NCBI RefSeq assembly: GCF_009834535.1
Contig: NC_045696.1
Coordinates: 39,372,001-39,436,000, forward strand
Origin: Camelus ferus
Lineage: Eukaryota
Length of the DNA: 64,000 bases
Direction: 5' to 3'
Under the pieces are notes generated by a model. It ran no database searches. It was not told where the DNA came from and saw only the letters and a list, made by a program, of their open reading frames with translations. This document shows positions 51,613-64,000 of the stretch, in pieces. Position 1 is the first letter of the stretch, and the number at the start of each line of letters is the position of its first letter. Position numbers and translations under genes: made by a program.

Positions 51613-52031
51613 AAAATAGTCTTTCAAACAACCTTGTTAATGTGAACAGATGCAGTCATTGAAATTGTTTGCAAACACTGAAACCAATTGCTAACACCGA
51701 AATTATGGGTCAGTTTTCCCTAATCCATACAGAGAAGTTTTTTGCACTGATTTTTCCTCTCAAGACCTGAAAAGCCATCCTTGTGAATCTAATCTGATGT
51801 CTTTCTTGAAAAGATTCTGGGAAAATGTTAAGCAACTAGCTTAAAAGTTAACAGCTCCAGGAGATTGATACTCCCCAGAAACGAGCATGCACCAAAATCC
51901 ATGTGAGTTGTGAAAGCATTATGGAAGATGCTCTTTGTCCTTCTGAGTCAGAGAGAGCTCAGTAGTTGAACTGGGCATATTATAAACTACCTCATTTCTC
52001 TACAATTTTTTTCTCAACAGAGGAGTCAGGA

Positions 52032-53000
52032 ATGGCTAAAGAAAATCATACCACAAAAAATGAGTTTATACTCACAGGATTTACAGACCATCCAGAGCTG
52101 AAGACCATGCTGTTTCTGGTGTTCTTTGCCACCTACCTGATCACCATGGTGGGGAATCTTAGCCTGGTGATACTGATTTCAAAAGAGCATCGTCTTCACA
52201 CACCAATGTACATCTTTCTGGGCAACCTTGCTCTTGTGGACTCTTGCTGTGCCTGTGCCATTACTCCTAAGATGTTAGCAAATTTCTTTTCTGAAAACAG
52301 AATGATTTCCCTCTATGAATGCATGGCACAATTTTATTTTCTTTGCAGTGTTGAAACTGCAGACTGCTTTCTCCTGGCAGCAATGGCCTATGATCGCTAT
52401 GTGGCCATATGTAACCCACTGCAGTACCACACAATGATGTCAAAGAAACTCTGCATTCAGATGACCACAGGGGCCTACACAGCTGGAAACCTGCACTCCA
52501 CGATCCATGTAGGACTTTTATTTAGGTTAGCTTTCTGTGGATCTAATCACATCAACCACTCTTATTGTGATATTCTCCCTTTATACAGACTCTCCTGTGT
52601 TGACCCGTATGTCAACGAACTGGTACTATTTATCTTTTCAGGCTCAATTCAAGTCTTCACAATTGGTAGTGTCTTAATATCTTATCTCCACATTCTCTTT
52701 ACCATTTTCAAAATGAAATCCAAACAGGGAAGGGTCAAAGCCTTTTCTACCTGTGCATCTCACTTTTTGTCTGTTTCATTATTCTATGGATCTCTTTTCT
52801 TCATGTACATTAGACCAAATTTGCTTGAAGAAGGGGATAAAGATATACCAGCTGCTATTCTGTTTACAGAAGTAGTTCCCTTACTAAATCCTTTCATTTA
52901 TAGCCTAAGAAATAAGGAAGTAATAACTGTCTTGAGAAAAATTTTGAAGGAAAAAAAATCTCAAAAGAATTTGAAACAAATGACCCCTACTGTAGCTTAA
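52032..53000 (+). CDS. OR5K1: Olfactory receptor family 5 subfamily K, OR5K1-like (OR5K1/OR5K2 group), 322 aa
   Basis: Start ATG at 52032 ([14 protein letters not shown]), 11 nt after acceptor ctcaacag (52020). Motifs [31 protein letters not shown] and [14 protein letters not shown]5K1-type [19 protein letters not shown]. Confidence 0.93.
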   Translation: MAKENHTTKNEFILTGFTDHPELKTMLFLVFFATYLITMVGNLSLVILISKEHRLHTPMYIFLGNLALVDSCCACAITPKMLANFFSENRMISLYECMAQFYFLCSVETADCFLLAAMAYDRYVAICNPLQYHTMMSKKLCIQMTTGAYTAGNLHSTIHVGLLFRLAFCGSNHINHSYCDILPLYRLSCVDPYVNELVLFIFSGSIQVFTIGSVLISYLHILFTIFKMKSKQGRVKAFSTCASHFLSVSLFYGSLFFMYIRPNLLEEGDKDIPAAILFTEVVPLLNPFIYSLRNKEVITVLRKILKEKKSQKNLKQMTPTVA

Positions 53001-53012
53001 TGACTTTAATGC

Positions 53013-53040
53013 AAAAAAAAAAAAAAAAAAAAAAAAAAAA
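53013..53040 (+). repeat. Poly-A tract (28 nt) 12 nt after the OR stop codon
   Basis: Seen directly. Confidence 0.95.
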
Positions 53041-56000
53041 CTTCCAAGTGAAATTACACAGAGAAAAAGGCACAAATTGTATGTAAAATATTAAAATATG
53101 CCAAAATATAATCAACTTAAACAGCAATATGTAAAGTAGAAAATACACAGGAAGGAGTAAACTGTGCTAAATCTTAATTCAAAATAACAAAAATCAAAAC
53201 CAAACTTTGAATTCATTCAAGAAACAGTACAGTAGGTTGTCAAGGTCATGGATTGTGTCAGAATCAGGGATTATCAGCACACAAAAGATAAACAACAATT
53301 ATATCTCAATAAAACTGGAAAAAAATATAATTTGTCAGGCTGAGAAAAAAAGGAAGAGAAACAACAAAACTAGCAGTTACAAATATAAAGGATAAATCTA
53401 TTAAAAATTAATAGCTAGCCTACATTAATAGATTGGAGCATGAGCACTCCAGTTAAGCTCAAAGGGTTTAAGGGTATGTGAACCTTCAACCAATGAAATC
53501 ACTTACAATCATGAGTGACAAAACTGAGGCAAGTAAATTTTGAGGAGTCACTTTTAATAGCATTTTGAGGGAGATTGTAGGTAGAATAGAGGTAGTGAGG
53601 AAATAAAAGCATCAAATAAAAATGAGTAGTATATTTCCAAGTTCCTATGGAGTTGAATAATTAAAGATGGAACATCAATTTTCGAGAGTAGTTATCTTCA
53701 CAGACATTTATTTATGCTCATATGTACATGCATAAAAATGTCATGACACAAAGTTCCAGCCAAGCAGTAAAACCTCATTTAGGATTTGAAGAGGTGATTG
53801 TCAGTGAGCTAGGGAAAACTCTATCCACCTTTTCAAGAGGTTAGGAAGGGGTTCAAAAATGGGGACACTATTATATTATATGTAGAGGTGAAGAAAAGTA
53901 TGCTTGTTGAGCTATGGATAGAACTTACTTAAAACATTTTTTTTCTTTTCATTATTGCAAAACCTGAAGTTGTGGGATGTAGGTAGTACTGCATGATCTT
54001 AATGTGACATATTCAAAGAATTACTTTCAACATAGATCTGAGAGCCTGCTATTGTGGAAACACTACTCTAGGGGGTGGGATATACCGTTACCAATATCGG
54101 GTCTTCCAGCTTCTTAAATAATAGAACATTGCCATGATTTTAATGACTAACTTCTAGATCAAGAAGGATCCCTATCAAGTAAAATAAAAATTCCCCCTTC
54201 CACTTCTCTTGATGTTCTGGGGTCACATCTAAATTCCCAGAAGGCAATTGTCAGGTTGCAACTATGGTCCAGTCCACTCAAGGCTGACCTCACATGGAAA
54301 GTCAACATGTTGAGTCTGTTTAGAAAATGTAGTAGGAATGCGGATACAGTATTTCCAATTCCTTAATTCATGAGTACAAAATTATAACCACTTAGTTTAT
54401 CTTATGACCTTCAAAAAAAATCTAATCCAGCTCATTCTATATATTCAGACATTTCAAGATTTTAAATGGAGACATTTCAAGATATCCTAGGTTGTTTCAA
54501 ATTCAAATCCCATGATTTAGGATTGGCTCAACCCTACCTCCATTCTTTCTTGGTTGCATCTAAATGCAGAAGTATTTGCCTGATAAGACATTAAAGACAG
54601 GTGTCATGTTACAGATGGAGCTTTGTCCATGCTGCAGTCTTCTAAGATGTTTGGTCCTTTTGGACCTTCTGATTATCTCTTCGGGCCACCATCAGTTTTG
54701 GTTTCTGCATTCATGTCTAGTCCCCAGGCTACACATGAAAGCATTTCAGCAAAAGCACCTAGTTGAAGGAAAAGTTCAAGGGCTCCATTTTTGTACTTCT
54801 GATGACTTGCTGTACCAGTATGACACAGGGTTTTGAAGGTTTTCATGGGTCCCTCTGGAAGGTCCCTTTTGCCCATAAATCTCCAAATTCTATGGGCATT
54901 TGATTGTCTCCCCATCTCATGCCCAGGACAACCTTGGGAATTTAAGCCACAGACCCCCATCTTAGAAAATACAAATTATTCCCCTCTGACTTTTCTTTTT
55001 CCCCCTCAATTCACTGAATCTTTATTTCTAGGGTATATCTAGCTATTACATCATTACAAATGCTTCCAAAAATCTACTTTTACAGAATACATTTTCATTT
55101 TGGAACAGTCCTCAAAAGTGAGGCTTTCTCAAATTATTCTCTCTAGGTTTTCAAAGGTACGTTTAGGGGGAAAAAAAGAATGTGAGATTGACATTGCTGT
55201 GCTCTGGTCTCCTTCTCTTACAGCAATCAATCTGACTTCACAAGCTGCTATCTAAAGTGGCAGGAATGATCATTGGGCAAAATAGAATTATAGACAGACT
55301 TCATCTAAGTGTTGCCTATTATAGAGAGAAAAATCCCATAAAATGAATCCTTTTATAATCTTGACCAATATTTCATAGTAAGCAGAGAAAAAAGAGATTT
55401 ATTTAGGACTTCACTTTGAAAAACAAAGCAAACTTACAGAAATACTTTATCTCATATTTAACCAAAATTTAGTTATAATCATAAATGTGTACTAATTTTA
55501 CAAAGAATGAATCAAGTGTCAAGTGTTTTTCTCGGTATTATTTTCCAAAAGAATAAAGAATGCTAACTAGATATAATCTTAACTTTTCAATTCAGGGAAT
55601 AATAGTAATGAATGATAATAATGGAGCAAATTAGTAGCATACCCAAAGGACCCTCAACCAAGGGTCCCTCATAGTTCTTATTGTACAAATTCTTAGCTAA
55701 TGAATCTGTTGTCGTTTTTCTCATTTATTATTCACTTTTCAGTTGTTCTAACTTTACTAGGCCCACTTGTCAATGGGATTTCACATTTCCTTCAGGCAGT
55801 TCCCCAACACCACTTTTATTAACTTTATGAAGCCTACTGCATCTTTCTCAAAATCATTTCACACTGAGTTTGAATAATGCTACCACAATCAGAAAATCGG
55901 TGAGCAAGTAAGATGTCAGTACAATGGATGAAGGTAGTAGTCTTAAGCGGGGAGGGATGTTTAAGGGGAAATTAATTCTATAAGTGGTTAGTTCACTCAA

Positions 56001-56684
56001 GAATATTTGTATGTCATGACAATTCTTACTTCCCTAAGAAAGCTTTGTCACTTCTGGGACATGAAGATTGATCCCATGATAATGAGAACCTCTGTGTTGC
56101 TTCATCAGCTTATATCAAAATTTTACCTCATTATATAAACAAAGATTAATGTTTCGACTAATCTGTAGATTTTTTAATGCCAGAAATACTTTCTTTTTAC
56201 ATTTTAATTATTGAGCTCTTACTAAACCCTCATAAACTATCTCTGTTACCAGGATGAACTGTGAAGTATCTGAGTATCCAGAGTTTGGTGGACTGAAAAG
56301 TATTTATTATACCTCTGTGAATGCCATTTACCTCCCCTTTACAGATCATTCTTCTTTAGGATCACATTACTCCTCATTTCCAGTTCCCCACAAATTGCTC
56401 TGAAGTTGGCTTTGCTTGCTGGTGCAAATCTGCTATATCAGTGAACCAATTCACCACATGGTTTCCAGTATCGGCTCATAACTGATATACCACGGATCTT
56501 GTAGTTAATGGATAAACAACTTTCAAAACTTTAGAAAACTGAATTTTAAAGATAATTTTAAAAATACATGCAACAATTTTCTTTATGACTCTATAATGAC
56601 AAAGATAATATGTTCTAAAATATTTCTTCTGGGACTACTTAGTGGTTAACTATTCAGACTCTTAAAAACCAAACATCTCTTGGA

Positions 56685-59633
56685 CGTTAAAAGGATAATA
56701 AAGGAATATTATAAATAACTCTGTGTCTATAAATTTGCTAACCTAGATGAAATGGACCAATTTCTTGAAAGACACATATTGTGCCAAAACTCACACAAAA
56801 TTAATAGATAATATGAATATGCTTATATCTATTAAAGAAATTGAATTATTAACTAATAACTTCAAAAACAAAAAGCACTGGGCCCAGATAGGTTCAAGTG
56901 ATAAATTCTACAAAATACTTAAGGAAGAAATTATACCAATTTCCTACAATCTCTTTCCAAAGATGGAAGCAAAGGGAATACTTTCTAACTCATCTATAAA
57001 GCCAGCATTACTCCAATACCAAAACCAGACAGAGACATCACAGGAAAACAAGAGTTAATATCTTTCATAAACACAGAAGCAAAAATTCTCTACAAAATAT
57101 TAGCAAGGTGAATCTAACAATATATAAAAAGATTATACACCATGACCAAGTGGGATTTATCCCATGTGTGAAATGCTGGCTCAATACTAAAAAAACAATG
57201 GAATCTATTACATTAATTGGCTAAAGGAAAAAAATTACATAATCACATGACTAATGCGTAAAGAACTTTTGACAAAACTTGAATACCCACTCATACAGAA
57301 ACTCTCAGTAAACCAAGAATGGAGGAAAACTTCCTCAACTGCATAAATAATATCTATGTAAAATCTACAGTTAACTTCAAATCTACTGGTAAGAAACTTG
57401 AAGCTTGCCCACTAAGATCAGGAACAAAGAAGGAAGCAAAGAAAATCACAGCTTTTCAACATTGTAATGGAAGTGTTAGTTAATGCAATGAAACAAGGAA
57501 AGAAAATAAAAAGGATATGGATTGAGAAGAAAGAAATAAAACTGTTCACAGATGACATGATTGTCTATGTAGAAAATATGAAAGAATCAACAAAAAAACT
57601 CTTGGAACTAATAGGCAATTATAGAAAAGTTTCAGGATACAAGGTTATACAAAAGTACATTTAAAAGCATTGCTTTCCTATATAATAGCATGGACAAGTG
57701 GAATTTGAAATTAAAAAACATAGTACCATTTACATTAGCATCCATAAAAATGAAATGCTTAGGTATAAATATAACAAGGTATATATAAGATCTAAATGAA
57801 GAAAATTATCAAACTTTGATAAAAGAAACCAAAGAAGAATAAAATCAACAGAGAGATTTTCTATGTTTATGGGTAGAAAGGCTCAATATTGTAAAGATGC
57901 CCCAACTTGATCTACAGATTCAGTGCAATCTCAATCAAAATCCAGGCAAGTTATTTCGTGAATATTGACAAACTAATTCTAAAGTTTATGTGGCGAGGCA
58001 AAAGACCCAGAATAGCTGACACAATATTTAAGGAGAACAAAGTTGGAGAACTGACACTACCTAACTTCAAGACATACAATAGAGCTACAGCAATCAAGAC
58101 AGTGTGGCATTGGCACAAGAATAGATGAATAGATCAATGGATAGAAGAGAGACCAGAAATAGACTCACATTTATATAATCATAAGATCTTTGACAAAGGA
58201 GCAAAAGCAATGCAATGAAGCCAACATAGTCATTTCAACAAACGGTGCTGGAACAACTCAACACATGTACGTGCAAAAATAATGATAATAAGTCTAACAG
58301 ACCTTACACCCTTCACAAAAATTAACTTAAAATGTATCACAGACTTAAAGGGAAAAATTCAGTATTAAGAAATTCCTAGAAGATAACAGATGAGAAAAAC
58401 TAGATTACTTTTGGATATACAACAACTTTTTAGATATAACACCGAAGGCATATTCATAGGAGAAAAAATTGATAAGCTGGACTTCATTAAAATTAAAATT
58501 TTCTGCTTGCAAAAGACATTACAAGACAAGAGAATGAAAAGACAAGCCCACAGATCGGGAGAAAATATTTGCATAAGACACATCTGATAAAGTACTGTTT
58601 TCCAAAATATATTAAGAACTCTTAAAACTCAACAATAAGAAAACAACCTAGCAGATTAAAAACTAGGCCAAAGATCTTAGCAGCTATCTCTACCAAGAAG
58701 ATGTATAGATGGTAAATAAACATATGAAGAGGTTCTCGGCATCTTATGCCATCAATAAAAATGAAAATTAAAACGAGACACCATTATACATCTAGTAGAA
58801 TGGCCAAAATCTAGAATAACACCACCACCAAATGCTGGCAAAGATGTGGACCAACAGGAATTCCCATTCTAGATGGAAATGCAAAATGGTATAGCCACTG
58901 TGGAAGAGAGTTTGGCAGTTTCTTACAAAACTAACGATATTCTTATCATATCATCCAGCAATTACATTCCTTGGTATTTACCCAAAGGAGTTGAAAACAT
59001 ATGCCCACCCAAAACCTGCATATGTTTATAGTAGCTTTATTCATAATTGTCATAACTTGAAAGCAACCAAGTTGTCCTTCAGCAGTTGAATGGATAAACT
59101 GTGGTATGTTTAAAATGAAATATTATTCAGAAATGAGCTATCAAGCCATGAAAAGGCATGAGGGAAACTGTTATGCATTTCACTAAGTGAAAAAAGCCAA
59201 TCTGACAAGGCTATATACTGTGTGATTCTAAATTTATAACATTCTGGAAAAGGCAAAAAAACTACGGAGACAGTAAAAAGATCAGTGGTTTTCAGAGACT
59301 GGGGAGAAAGAAGGGTGAATAAGGGGAACACAGAAGATTATTAGGACAGTGACAATACTCTGTATGATACTGCAAGTGGTGGATACTTGTCATCATAAAT
59401 TTGTCCAAGCTAATAAAACATACAACACCAAAAGTGAACCATAGTATAAACTATGGACTTTGGGTGATAACGATGCATCAACAAATATATTAAATGTACC
59501 ACTCTGGTGGGGATGTTTATAATGGAGGAGGCTATGCATATGTGGAAACAAGGGGTATAAGGGAAATCTCTGTACCCTCTTCTCAACTTTGCTGTGAAAC
59601 TAAAGCTGTTCTAATAAATAAAGTCTATTAAAC
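56685..59633 (+). mobile_element. 5'-truncated L1, ORF2 3' part plus L1MC1-like 3'UTR
   Basis: ORF2 fragments ([27 protein letters not shown]). 3'UTR aaactatggactttgggtgata...ggaaatctctgtaccc...aataaagtctatt. Confidence 0.88.
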
Positions 59634-60163
59634 ATGAGGAAAAAAATCAAACATACAGTCTGTAGCTCACACAAGAATCTTCTCATCTCAGCTCTGCCTA
59701 ACCAAGCACTTTGTGGTTTAGCAGTTACTAGCAAAGATCAGTCTCTTTTTATTCCTTCAAAGTCTCCATTTGTTTTCTGCTACTTTTTTGCCGTCTATAC
59801 TCATTACAATGTTGAGCTGAAAAAGTTCAGATTTTTATGATACAAATTCTCCTGTGGCTTCTTCTCATCTTCTCTGTAGAATAACAAGTAAATGACAATT
59901 CCAATTTTCACCTAAAACTGACTGTAAAATAGAGCTTGTTTTTCTGTTTCCCTATTTCCTACTTGTCTCTAGTTGAATAAAACCAGAAGGTTTTTTCTTT
60001 CATTTTGTTTTTTTCCAGATGCACAAGACCTGTCCTTCCACTTAGCCAAACTATTTTTGAGGCTTATAGTATGTGAAGCACAAAAGTAGATCCTGAGTGA
60101 AAATAAAAAGACCCAGTTATCAACTTGAAAAAATAGAACTTGTTCTCAAGAAGCAAAGATATT

Positions 60164-60238
60164 TTAGGTTAACCCTTGTAAAATCTTTTTGTAGGACAAA
60201 AACTGGTAGAATACTGACAATTTCATGGTTCATTTTAA
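60164..60238. mobile_element. MADE2-like mariner MITE
   Basis: ttaggtt...tttttgtaggacaaaaa...gaatactgacaatttcatggttca resembles the recalled ~80-bp MADE2 consensus. Confidence 0.6.
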
Positions 60239-60509
60239 TATATATTCACAAATACTTCCAATAGTGGCATGACCATCAGGCATCTTCTCTTATACTCAGA
60301 ATCTCATTAAAATCTCAGTTTGTCATACCATAAGTAGACTGGCCCTCAGTCCTTGCCCACCATCTCAGCAGGTACTTCATGCAAGTGTGACCTTCTGACT
60401 CTCACAGTTTTCTTTAGAGGGGCCCAAATCCACTACAAGGGACCAGATCAGGAATGAAAAACATATTCTCCCCCTCATGCTAAAGTCACTTCTCTCAAAA
60501 CAATAGTCA

Positions 60510-60715
60510 CAGATTAGATTTCCAGAGAAACAGTCTGTGGGATGGAGTTTAGAGTGCAGGACATTTTTTAGAGGATGCCCTTGGGGTCAACTCTTGTGGA
60601 ATAAAGAGGTGAAAAGGGTTTGACAAGGGGAGAGACTCAGTACAATACAGACCCCTGACAGTGTGGTCCAATCCCACCAATGCCCTGGAGCTAAAAGGGC
60701 TCCAGAGTTCTCTTG
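60510..60715 (-). mobile_element. Partial ERVL LTR of the same family as 7255-7655
   Basis: gatggagtttagagtgcagg...gcccttggggtcaactcttgtgga...ctggagct. Confidence 0.6.
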
Positions 60716-61302
60716 AGAAAACAGAATAGGAAAAAAAAAAAAAAAAAAAAGAAAGAAAGAAAAAAGAAAACTGAAGAAAGGGACAAATCAGGTAACAAAA
60801 GAAAATTTTAAAAAATAATAATTCATGTCATCAAATAAATTAAAAAGATATGACATCCAAAGTACAAGAACAGAAGCTATTTAAAAGACATTCAACCTTT
60901 TGTATACATTCAGAATGAATTTTGTATTCTGAATGAATACAAAACGATCATGAAAAATTTAAATTACAATAGCAGACATTTTAAAAGTCAATTTAAGTTA
61001 AAGCTGGCCTAATATTTTAGAAAGTAGAACAAAAAGATTTAAAACTAAAGAAGAAAAGAAAAGCAGTTTATATTCAGGAGATCCAACATTCAAAGAATAG
61101 GAGTTATCATTATCCTATCAAATAACAGGAGAAAAACTATTAAAGAAATAATTCCTTCTTGGGAAATATTTATGTATTAATAAATACAAGAGAAATTCCC
61201 AGGGTAATTATAAAGTGAAACCTCAAGACAAAAGAAAATGATGATTAAAACTGGATTAGAGTGACAGAGTGTTCCAGAGAGGTGTTTCAATTTAAATATT
61301 TA

Positions 61303-62389
61303 ATGTTCCTGTTGGTCATTCTGATGTCCTCTTTAGAAAAACAAAAATGCCTAGGTAGCTCTTCTGTTCATTTTAAAATCAGACTGTTTTTTTTTTGTTA
61401 TTAAGTTGCATGAGTTCTTTACATATTTTAGATATTAACCCTTTATTGGATATATGGGTTGCAAAAATGTTTTCCCATTCTGTAGGTTGTCCTTTCATTT
61501 TGTTAATTATTTCTTTTGTGTGCAGAAGCTTTTGAAAAGATGCTCAACAGCACTAATCATCAGGGAAATGCAAATCAAAACCACAATGAGCTATCATCTC
61601 ACACCTGTTAGAATGGCCATCATCAAGAACACAAAAGACAACAGGTGCTGGCATGCATGATGTGAAAGGGAATCCTTTTATACTATTGGAAATATAAATC
61701 CTTCCAACCACTGTGGAAGACAATATGGAAGCTCCTCAAAAAATTAGAAAAAGATCTACCAATTCAGCAATTTCACTTCTGTGTATATACCCAAAGGGAA
61801 TGAAAACAGGATTTTGATGAGGTATTTGTGCTGCAATGCAATGTTTATTGCAGCATTATTCACAAAAGCCAAGATAGGGAAATAATTCAAATGCCCATCA
61901 ATGGATGAATGGATAAAAAAGATATGGTACACATACACAATACGATATTATTCAGTCAGAAGAAAGGAGGATATCCTGCCATTTGCAACAAAAGAAATGG
62001 ACCTTGAGCACGTTATGCTAAATAAGTCGGATAGAGAGACAAATACTGCATGATTTCACTTATATGTAGTATCTAAAAAAGTCAATCCTGTAAAAAATGG
62101 AGAGTAAAATGACAGTTACTAGGGGATTGGCATGGCAGCTGGGGGGCAGCGATTCTAATTAAGGGTACAAACTTGTAACAAGCAGAGATCTAACGCACAT
62201 AGAGACCTAACGCACAGTATATTGAATATAGACAATAATATTGTAGTATAATTATGTAATGTGATAAATACTGTTACAATGGCAATCATTTAAAAATACA
62301 TAGATGTATTGAAGTAATACACTCTACATATTAAACATTTGACAATGTTACATATCAAATTTATTAATAAAAATAAATAAATAAAAAAA
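61303..62389 (+). mobile_element. 5'-truncated L1 with a 5' inversion (61303-61533 inverted)
   Basis: Antisense ORF2 piece joined at about 61533 to sense gaaaagatgctcaac, followed by 3'UTR and A tail. TSD taaatattta at 61293-61302 and 62390-62399. Confidence 0.88.
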
Positions 62390-63334
62390 TAAATATTTAT
62401 ACTTCCAGACAATTTTGGATCAAAATGGTAGAAAAAAGGCCTTATCAATCTATGGGGAAATTTTTTGAATAAGAAAAAAAGTGACATCATGGTACATTTC
62501 ATGTCATAGCTATAAGCAAAAAATACATATTCATATAAATAGAAACAATGACTATTGATTTAACCAAAGCAGTGATTTAACTTTTCGAGAGGGTAAGGGG
62601 AGTGAAAGAGCATTCTTTGAGGAGGGGTGTGGTATAGTGAGAGAGCTCTCTGTTCCTCTCTAGAAACATCTGTACCTGAGAAACTATGAAAGTATAAGCA
62701 CATGGCTTATAAGTGTAAGAGCGAACCCAGAAAAAAAGTTAGGAGGGTTGAAAATGGCTGAGGGTTGGAAAGGCAGAAACTGAGGTGAAGGTATAGATGT
62801 TATTTTTCATTTTAAGCCATTTAAAATGATCTGAGTTTCCAAAATTCTGTATACAAATCACTTTGATAAAAGTAAAAGATAAATTCTAAAATGCTGGTAA
62901 CATTATCTTAAGCTTGAACCTTTTGCTTCTTTCCACTTCCAATGCTTATGATAGAAAATTAAATTAGCATTTTTGAGGAAAGCTATGTTAGTTTCAAACA
63001 TTTGAAATTTCAAGCTTCTTTTGGTCTCTGCATTCATCAAAAATGACAGAAACTCCTTGAGAAAAGTGTATTATTACAAGAAGGGGTAAGAGAATATGCA
63101 CCATAAGTACTAAAGCAGGACCTAAAGAAAAGGTGTGTAATAACTGCTGCATACAAGGAATGAGAGAATTGTTGGCAAAAGATGAAAAATGAGACTTTAG
63201 GCAATGAGAAATGGTAAGACTTTGAAAAATGCCAGAGCTGGCCTGATCCAGCCACTGGTCCTAAGATATTTGCAACTGTAGGTTATACTGGGCCCCTGTG
63301 TGAACAAAACTTATTAACTATCTCACCACAACTT

Positions 63335-63585
63335 ATACTCAGTTATTCATCATTGTATGGCTCCAAAACTTAAAACAACAATCACTATGTTATTATCTCC
63401 CATGGTTTGGAGGGTTGATTGTGCTCACATAGGCAAATTCTTACTCAGTACATGTCATGTAGTTGCAGTCACTTGGTGGCTGGGGCTGGACTCATCTCAA
63501 AGGCTTCTTCACTTGCATGACTGGCCATAGATGCTGGCTGTCAGATGGAATCTAAGCCAACATGTGGCCTCTCCTTGTGATCTGG
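63335..63585 (-). mobile_element. Older MLT1 (MaLR) LTR fragment
   Basis: ccaaaacttaaaacaacaa...gttgcagtca...ggctggggctgga...catgtggcctctcc. Confidence 0.7.
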
Positions 63586-64000
63586 TGTTAAGGGTTGAAT
63601 TGTGCCCCCTAAAAGGATATTTGTAGTATCCCAGAATGTGGATATATTTGGAAATAGGATCTTAACAGAAGTAATCAAGTTAGAATGAGGTTATTAGAGT
63701 GAGCCCTAATCCAATATGACCAGTGCTCTTTATAAAAAAGGGACACAGGGACAGACGTGCAGAGGGAAGACAATGTAGAGAGATGGGGAGAATGCCATGT
63801 GATGATGGAGAATTGGAGGGACACATCTAAGCCAAGGAACATCAAGGAGTGCTAGAAAACCAGGAGACGGGAAGAGGCAAAGAATGATTCTTTTGTACAG
63901 GTTTCAGAGGGAGTGTTGCTCTGCCAACACCTTGATTTCAAACTTCTAGCCTCCAGATCTGTGAGATGATACATTTCTGTTGTTTTAAGCTACCCTTCTG
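63586..64000 (+). mobile_element. MLT1B/C-like MaLR LTR, runs off the window end
   Basis: tgttaagggttgaattgtgcccc...tatttggaaatagg...ccctaatccaatatgac...ctgccaacaccttgatttc. Confidence 0.88.

Noticed and set aside
51966..52031. 22-aa N-terminal extension of the second OR in the ORF track
   Set aside because: It starts at TTG and runs through the polypyrimidine tract and acceptor. The homologous start is the ATG at 52032.
54200..55040. Moderately GC-rich stretch with short ORFs on both strands
   Set aside because: No recognisable protein or repeat. It may be decayed ERV internal sequence but cannot be supported without a search.
1..64000. CRISPR arrays, operons or prokaryotic defence systems
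   Set aside because: The sequence is mammalian, with no regularly spaced repeat-spacer array or gene-dense region.

Overview
Eutherian genomic DNA, most likely camelid: two tRNA-derived SINEs look like the camelid vic-1 type. The window is part of a class II olfactory receptor cluster. Two intact OR5K-family genes lie on the + strand: OR5K3-like at 15305-16231 and OR5K1-like at 52032-53000. Each has a matching splice acceptor 11 nt before the ATG and a paralogous upstream promoter/non-coding exon about 3-3.6 kb away. Most of the rest is interspersed repeat: L1 (near full-length, nested, internally deleted and 5'-inverted copies), an ERVL remnant, MaLR/ERV LTRs, L2, MIR, MER33 and MADE2. The least ordinary part is a ~12 kb L1-poor, L2/MIR-rich block between the two OR genes (about 36.3-48.2 kb). 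It starts with a small CpG island carrying a perfect NRF1 palindrome and minus-strand splice donors, and contains a cluster of homeodomain and O/E-like motifs resembling OR enhancers. No prokaryotic systems, CRISPR arrays or novel protein-coding genes are supported. Repeat boundaries and subfamily names were assigned by eye from recalled consensus sequences and are approximate.
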